Origin: Dendrobates tinctorius
Taxonomy: Eukaryota
DNA: 60,420 nucleotides
Direction of reading: 5' to 3'
Assembly (NCBI RefSeq): GCF_039654945.1
Contig: NW_027361881.1
Coordinates: 1,922,001-1,982,420, forward strand
In this document: in pieces, positions 53,989-60,420 of the stretch
Layout: every line of letters starts with the position of its first letter
Position numbering within the stretch: position 1 is the first letter of the stretch
The notes under the pieces: model-generated
Told to the model about the DNA's origin: nothing
Database searches by the model: none
Seen by the model: the letters and a program-made list of their open reading frames with translations, nothing else
Position numbers and translations under genes: made by a program

Positions 53989-54457
53989 GCTGGCCGCCTC
54001 CAAGCGACCCCCCCCCCCCCCCACAAACCGCCGGCAGCGTCCAAGCAATCCCCCCCCCCCCACAAACCGCCGGCCGCCTCCAAGCGATCCCCCCCACAAA
54101 CCGCCGGCCGCCTCCAAGCGACCCCCCCCCCCCCCACAAACCGCCGGCCGCCTCCAAGCGACCCCCCCCCCCCCCACAAACCGCCGGCCGCCTCCAAGCG
54201 ATCCCCCCCCCACAAACCGCCGGCCGCCTCCAAGCGACCCCCCCCCCCCCCACAAACCGCCGGCCGCCTCCAAGCGACCCCCCCCCCCCCCCACAAACCG
54301 CCGGCCGCCTCCAAGCGATCCCCCCCCCACAAACCGCCGGCCGTCTCCAAGCGATCCCCCCCCCACAAACCGCTGGCCGCCTCCAAGCGATCCCCCCCAC
54401 AAACCACCGGCCGCCTCCAAGCGATCCCCCCCACAAACTGCCGGCCGCCTCCAAGCG
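53989..54457. repeat. ~36-42-bp repeat with variable poly-C tract, ~12 units
   Basis: ACAAACCGCCGGCCGCCTCCAAGCGA(T) followed by C runs of variable length. Confidence 0.93.
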
Positions 54458-54681
54458 GCACCCATCTTCTCATGTGTGACAATAGGTGATGTAAATATAA
54501 GTTTACATGGGAGTCCCCAATTCAGCCTAGCCACCTAGAATAAATACGGACCCTCCCGAATGTGGGGCCGCCAGTATGCACGAAATATGGCCGCTCAGCA
54601 CTTCCAGACTCTACTGTTTAGACGCGCCCCTTCTTCTAATCAGAAACTCCTCCGAGAGACATAATAGCTGCAGCTACTCAC

Positions 54682-54846
54682 ACTGCACCTTCTCCTGAGC
54701 GCTGAGAGACACCCACGCTCCCTTCTCTTTGTCTTTTAGAGCCTTCAGTTCCGGTGTGAGGTTTTCCAGGAAAGAGACTTCAGGCAGAGGAACGCCGCGG
54801 TGGTCGTGATATTTGGGGAGGGTGTATTCAGGAAGAGTAACACTGG
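54682..54846 (-). CDS. COX4I1: COX4I1 coding exon 2
   Basis: 165 nt, AG and GTGAGT bounded; ASVTLPEYTLPKYHDHRGVPLPEVSF..LKALKDKEKGAWVSLSAQEKVQ. Confidence 0.95.
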
Positions 54847-55669
54847 CTGCAGAGACAAGAAACACAGTGACATTAGTCGTAGCGCTTAGACAACGCGGCG
54901 ACTTACCGGCCCGAATATCTGCTGCATATACTGCAGCGAGGATCACAGCACCGGCTGAAGTTCTGTCTCACACTCCGGTGTCACCGTACAGGTCTGGATT
55001 ACAGCCTTGTTTTATGAACACTACACCTGGGTTCATGGGTGGGAGGATAGCGCAGAGCTGAACCTGACGCAGCTGCCGCATTACTGCAGGATACATTCAC
55101 TACGTTATTCCCGGAGGACAATGGGGGTCTTTTCTGACCCCTAATTTACATCTACTACAGGCAAAGCCTGTCACTTTCCATAAATAAGTCTGGTAATTTA
55201 CTTTACCTGGTGGAAATGTCGCTGTTCTCCCTGAATCCGGCATTGCTTTTGTTTCTGCTCCTCTCCACTGGTCTCTGTATGCAAATCTAGTCTGTTCACC
55301 AACTGGGTGTGGTGCTAAAAAGACACCTAGAGAAGGGCTAAACACCACGCCCTTTTGACTTAAAAAAATACTAGCTTTGCATGCAGGGAGCCACATCACA
55401 AAAATGGAGAGGAGAAAGAATAAGAAAAAAACAACCCTGGATCCCGGGGATCAGCACCTTTCACTCCAGGCGCAGAGATTACCTATTTATGGCAACAGGT
55501 CTTACTTAAGGGTCACTTTTGTCTTGTGACAATGCAGAGTTACCAGCTGACATTCCCCCACATACGTGGTGATCAGAGACGAGCCACCGGCCTTCGGGCA
55601 CATCAGCGCTACCCATGACGTTACCAGACGGGCAATGAATAACCGCGGACTGTGACGGACAGCACGTAC

Positions 55670-55742
55670 CATGACCCTGCAGGCAAGTGGAGGTAGACAG
55701 GGCCCTCCTCCCAACCAGGCTGAGCACTCGTGAAGACAGCAT
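55670..55742 (-). CDS. COX4I1: COX4I1 coding exon 1 (mitochondrial presequence)
   Basis: Acceptor AG|A-ATG; 73 coding nt MLSSRVLSLVGRRALSTSTCLQGH, close to the COX4I1 presequence MLATRVFSLVGKRAISTSVC; GTACGT donor. Confidence 0.95.
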
Positions 55743-56059
55743 TCTAGAGGAGCAAGAGAGATAACCAGTTATTACATGTGCTGGACGGAGACATGATCAC
55801 ACTCAGACATATCATGCGGCATCGCCCAAACTGCTGACCTATCAGATGTGCAGATTGCTGACCACCACCCAGGGACTTCAGATCCTCAGGAGCTGCCAAG
55901 TGCTGAACTAGCAGGAGAATCCGTGGCCCTCTCACTGAGGACTATTGACCAACGACTAAAGCTGCACTCTAGAGCATGCAAATATTAAATATGTGAAATA
56001 TGAATTTATTAACTTTCTAGAACAGTAATGCAATTTATATTTCATGCTTGCATGTCATA

Positions 56060-56268
56060 GCAGCCTTGCAGTGCTGGGGTCCTGGGCTCAAATCCCACCA
56101 AGGACATCTGCCAGGAGTTTGCGTGAGTTCCTCCGGGGTCTCCGGTTTCCTCCCACAATCCAAACACATACTGATAGGTAATGTATATTGTGAACCCCGA
56201 TGGGGAGAGTGATAATGTCTATAAAGCGCTGTGGAATTAATGGTGCTATGTAATGAGCAAAATAAATA
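56060..56268 (+). mobile_element. 5'-truncated, diverged tRNA-derived SINE
   Basis: GCAGCCTTGCAGTGCTGGGGTCCTGGGCTCAAATCCCACCAAGGAC..TAAAGCGCTGTGGAATTAATGGTGCTAT..AAATAAATA. Confidence 0.88.
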
Positions 56269-56316
56269 GCGCTACAGAGTGCAGCTTTGTTAGTTACATA
56301 TGGCTATGCTTAGTAA

Positions 56317-56600
56317 TAATAATAATAATAATCTTTATTTTTATATAGCGCTAACATATTCCGCAGCGCTTTACAGTTTTGCACACATCATCATCACTGT
56401 CCCCGATGGGGCTCACAATCTAAATTCCCTATTAGTATGTCTTTAGAATGTGGGAGGAAACCGGAGTACCCGGAGGAAACCCACGCAAACACAGGGAGAA
56501 CATACAAACTCCTTGCAGATGTTGTCCTTGGTGGGATTCGAACCCAAGACCCCAGCGCTGCAAGGCTGCAGTGCTAACCACTGAGCCACCGTGCTGCCCA
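56317..56600 (-). mobile_element. Full-length tRNA-derived SINE with L2-type tail
   Basis: A box TGGCTCAGTGG, B box GGTTCGAATCCC, stem-loop AGCGCTGCGGAATATGTTAGCGCT, (ATT)n tail; TAGTAA duplicated at 56311 and 56601. Confidence 0.93.
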
Positions 56601-57149
56601 TAGTAAGCACCTGTACACACCTGGCTTCTATTTGGATGCGCTGGTCAGCCGTTTCACATCACTCAGGACTATGGTCACATTCTAGGACCCCCGACCCTCA
56701 TGCTGCAGAGCGGTGAGCGGAGTCACGTCTCTGCACACAAAGCTCCATCATAAGGACGATGTGCAGAAGCTCCAGACTGCAGCATCCACCATGAAGGTCA
56801 CCTTATCTACAAGGTCGCGGTGCCTTTCACAGGTCAGAATGCAGAGCAGAGCCCAAGCAGGATCAGGAGGTCCCCAAGTAATACAGGCCCCCGTATACTC
56901 AGCTCATCACTAGATCAGAGGGGAGCGGTCACTGCGTCTTTAAGGCTACACAGTAACACGCTTATTACTCAACCACATGAGATGTAACCACAGGGAGGAG
57001 AGGAGGAAGTGACCGCGGCATCGGCAGCCACCGGCGCGGCATCATTTCTCCTTTACAGACTTCACATTCTGCTGCAGGATTCACCTGAGGACCTCTCAGC
57101 GAGCTCACACTGAATGACTCCCATCCGTACTCCTGTCTACACCCCCACA

Positions 57150-59104
57150 TGCTCCCGCGCTCTCGTCCGTACCCCCGTCCACGCCCCCGCGCTCTCATCC
57201 GTACCCCCGTCCACGCCCCCGCACTCTCGTCCACACCCCCGCGCTCTCGTCCGTACCCCCGTCCACGCCCCCGCACTCTCGTCCGTACCCCCGTCCACAC
57301 CCCCGCGCTCCCGTCTGTACCCCCGCGCTCTCGTCCGTACCCCCATCCATGCCCCCGCGCTCCCGTCTGTACCCCCGCGCTCTCGTCCGTACCCCCGTCC
57401 ACACCCCCGCGCTCCCGTCCGTACCCCCGTCCACACCCCCATCTGTACCCCCGAGCTCCCGTCTGTACCCCCGCGCTCTCGTCCGTACCCCCGCGCTCTC
57501 GTCCGTACCCCCGTCCACGCCCCCGCGCTCCCGTCTGTACCCCCGCGCTCTCGTCCGTACCCCCGTCCACACCCCCGCGCTCCCATCTGTACCCCCGAGC
57601 TCCCGTCTGTACCCCCGCGCTCTCGTCCGTACCCCCGTCCACGCCCCCGCACTCTCGTCCACACCCCCGCGCTCTCGTCCGTACCCCCGTCCACGCCCCT
57701 GCACTCTCGTCCACACCCCCGCGCTCTCGTCCGTACCCCCGTCCACGCCCCCGCACTCTCGTCCACACCCCCGCGCTCTCGTCCACACCCCCGTCCACGC
57801 CCCTGCACTCTCGTCCACACCCCCGCGCTCTCGTCCGTACCCCCGTCCACGCCCCCGCACTCTCGCCCACACCCCCGCGCTCTCGTCCGTACCCCCGTCC
57901 ACGCCCCTGCACTCTCGTCCACACCCCCGCGCTCTCGTCCGTACCCCCGTCCACGCCCCTGCACTCTCGTCCACACCCCCGCGCTCCCGTCTGTACCCCC
58001 GCGCTCCCGTCTGTACCCCCGCGCTCCCGTCCGTACCCCCATCCACGCCCCCGCGCTCCCGTCTGTACCCCCGCGCTCTCGTCCGTACCCCCGTCCACGC
58101 CCCCGCGCTCCCGTCTGTACCCCCGCGCTCTCGTCCGTACCCCCGTCCACGCCCCCGCACTCTCGTCCGTACCCCCGTCCACGCCCCCGCACTCTCGCCC
58201 ACACCCCCGCGCTCTCGTCCGTACCCCCGTCCACGCCCCTGCACTCTCGTCCACACCCCCGCGCTCTCGTCCGTACCCCCGTCCACGCCCCTGCACTCTC
58301 GTCCACACCCCCGCGCTCCCGTCTGTACCCCCGCGCTCCCGTCTGTACCCCCGCGCTCCCGTCCGTACCCCCATCCACGCCCCCGCGCTCCCGTCTGTAC
58401 CCCCGCGCTCTCGTCCGTACCCCCATCCACGCCCCCGCGCTCCCGTCTGTACCCCCGCGCTCTCGTCCGTACCCCCGTCCACGCCCCCGCACTCTCGTCC
58501 GTACCCCCGTCCACACCCCTGCACTCTCGTCCACACCCCCGCGCTCTCGTCCGTACCCCCGTCCACGCCCCCGCACTCTCGTCCGTACCCCCGTCCACAC
58601 CCCTGCACTCTCGTCCACACCCCCGCGCTCCCGTCTGTACCCCCGTCCACGCCCCCGCGCTCTCGTCCGTACCCCCGTCCACGCCCCCGCACTCTCGTCC
58701 GTACCCCCGTCCACGCCCCCGCACTCTCGTCCGTACCCCCGTCCACGCCCCCGCACTCTCGTCCGTACCCCCGTCCACGCCCCCGCACTCTCGTCCGTAC
58801 CCCCGTCCACGCCCCCGCACTCTCGTCCGTACCCCCGTCCACGCCCCCGCACTCTCGTCCGTACCCCCGTCCACGCCCCCGCACTCTCGTCCGTACCCCC
58901 GTCCACGCCCCCGCACTCTCGTCCGTACCCCCGTCCACACCCCTGCACTCTCGTCCACACCCCCGCGCTCTCGTCCGTACCCCCGTCCACGCCCCCGCAC
59001 TCTCGTCCGTACCCCCGTCCACACCCCTGCACTCTCGTCCACACCCCCGCGCTCTCGTCCGTACCCCCGTCCACGCCCCCGCACTCTCGTCCACACCCCC
59101 GCGC
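57150..59104. repeat. CpG-rich, strongly C-skewed composite minisatellite in COX4I1 intron 1
   Basis: Modules GCRCTCTCGTCCGTACCCCC, GTCCACGCCCCC and GCGCTCCCGTCTGTACCCCC in shuffled order. Confidence 0.96.
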
Positions 59105-59347
59105 TGATTTATGGCCACACAGTGACATTAGTCAACACAATTGCAAAAAAATAAAAAATCTAAACATTTTTAGCCACAAATACAAAACATTAATGTCCCC
59201 CGAGGCCAAGGTCTTTAGTGCAGCAGGGGCACCACAGCTCCCAGCATGTCCGGCCAGCCGTGAGTGCTGGGAGCTGTAGTTCTCCAGTAATGGGGCCTAC
59301 AGGGAGCTGCCGGCACACCGCGGCCCCTCCGCCCGCTCCCTACTCAC

Positions 59348-59415
59348 CTCACCGCCTGTGCCAAGAACAGAGAGGACACCGGAACCAGCGAGACGGCAGT
59401 GAGGACACAGAGGAG
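59348..59415 (-). other. COX4I1: Probable non-coding exon 1 of COX4I1 (5' end approximate)
   Basis: Consensus donor GAG|GTGAGT at 59342-59347 inside the CpG island; exon 2 has only 1 nt of UTR, so an upstream exon is required. Confidence 0.7.
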
Positions 59416-59664
59416 GCGGCGCCCACCGCCGCACTGCACGCCGGGACGTCCTGGAGGACTCCACACGTAGCCCCGCCCCTCGGCCGCACACCGCCTGTAT
59501 CCGGCCGTCGGCGGGTGACGGGGGGCGCGGCGTCACGTGACTGGCAGCGGCGCTGTTCTCGGGGGTCACCGGCACCTGTACCGCGCTGCCCACACACCAG
59601 AGTCATCACCCTGCCCGCAGTAACAATGGCGGCCGCATGCCGCCTCGCTACCACGTGATCGGAA

Positions 59665-59778
59665 TCACTTTACGGCAGTGCTCCGCGCGCGACCGCCGGC
59701 TTCTCGCTTTCCGGCTGTGTGCTTCTCGCGGTGACAGACTGTGCAGAGCCGGCGGAGAGGACCGGGAGCAGCCTGGAG
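59665..59778 (+). other. Putative non-coding first exon of the head-to-head gene (EMC8 by synteny)
   Basis: Donor GAG|GTGAGG at 59779; human COX4I1 is head-to-head with EMC8; no EMC8 coding sequence seen in the window. Confidence 0.45.
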
Positions 59779-60314
59779 GTGAGGAGGCGCCGTGCGGGGC
59801 CCCGGGGAGTACCGCTGCTGCCGGTCATCTCCCATTCTCCAGCAACACGTCCTCCCTGAGCGGCCACTTACCGGCCTCAGTGCTCCGGAGCCGCACAGGA
59901 CCCGGGGCTGACACTCTCTGGGCGGCTGCTGTAGGGTTATCAGCAGGAGATGATCACTGGAGCACCAGTAACCTGCTGCCGGGTCTAGCCCGCCCCCTCT
60001 GACTGCCTGCACTGTGCATAGGCAGGAAGCTGTCAGTCACTGGTGGAGGCAGGATAATAATACAGAGTCCGGTAGTGATAAACTGCAGCCAGCAGCCCAG
60101 TAAGTGACGCATCGCTGGAATCAGCGTCTCTGCAGAGAAATCCTGCAGCTCTCTGGTGGGGAGCACAGGGCGACATTCTCCTGTTAGATACCAGTCCTGG
60201 CAGCCCATGGCTGAGTGCATGCTGGGAGTTGTAGTTCTGCCCAGCCTGATACATATTGTCCTGTCACACAATGTAACACGGTGCGGACCACGATAACCAG
60301 GGAAACACCGTCAT

Positions 60315-60420
60315 CATCTGTCCTCCGTCTCTCTCCTCCTCCTTCCCAGCTTCTGTCTCTCTCTTTCATCCTTCTTCCATCCTTCTTCTTCCATTCTTCT
60401 TCTTCCTCTTTCCTCCTTCT
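60315..60420. repeat. Low-complexity polypyrimidine tract
   Basis: CTT/CCT-rich run to the window end. Confidence 0.7.

Larger units (their letters stand above)
59300..59900. promoter_or_regulatory. CpG-island bidirectional promoter (COX4I1 and a plus-strand partner)
   Basis: GC box 59471-59479, palindromic E-box GTCACGTGAC 59532-59541, YY1-type AATGGCGGC 59625-59633, CACGTG 59652-59657, CGGAA ETS cores; divergent splice donors on both sides. Confidence 0.75.

Noticed and set aside
54901-54910. Consensus minus-strand donor CCG|GTAAGT in a COX4I1 intron
   Set aside because: Only ~60 nt from the next acceptor, with no convincing upstream exon; the protein is complete without it
52566-55742. 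COX4I2 assignment
   Set aside because: The presequence and the C-terminal KWDYDKNEWKK fit COX4I1 better, as does the head-to-head CpG promoter
56500-56600. tRNA gene
   Set aside because: A and B boxes are present but continue into a SINE body with an L2-type tail and target-site duplication
56965-59279. 600-720 aa Pro/Arg/Gly-rich ORFs in all six frames
   Set aside because: Artefact of a GC-rich minisatellite
59626-59658. ATGGCGGCC as the start codon of the plus-strand gene
   Set aside because: Gives only a 10-aa ORF unrelated to EMC8; better explained as a YY1-type promoter motif

Overview
Eukaryotic vertebrate genomic DNA, most likely from a frog (anuran), judging by the L2/CR1/SINE/Tc1/MITE content. 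Two spliced genes lie on the minus strand. The first is a complete COX4I1 (non-coding exon 1 plus 4 coding exons, 168 aa). The second is a complete DUSP22-family phosphatase of the dusp22a type (7 coding exons, 209 aa, intact HCLAGVSRS site). A CpG-island bidirectional promoter at ~59.3-59.8 kb probably also drives a plus-strand partner (EMC8 by synteny; its CDS is not in the window). About 37 of the 60 kb (my estimate from array boundaries) are at least 14 unrelated tandem arrays. Most notable is a ~17-kb intronic satellite of ~340 x 50-bp units in which nearly every unit carries a co-oriented bipartite CTCF-like site (core plus upstream TGCAG module). Two arrays visibly grew out of transposon parts: a 25-bp array from the Pol III A-box head of a SINE, and a 36-bp array inside a Tc1 element. 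Most long ORFs in the supplied track are repeat artefacts.
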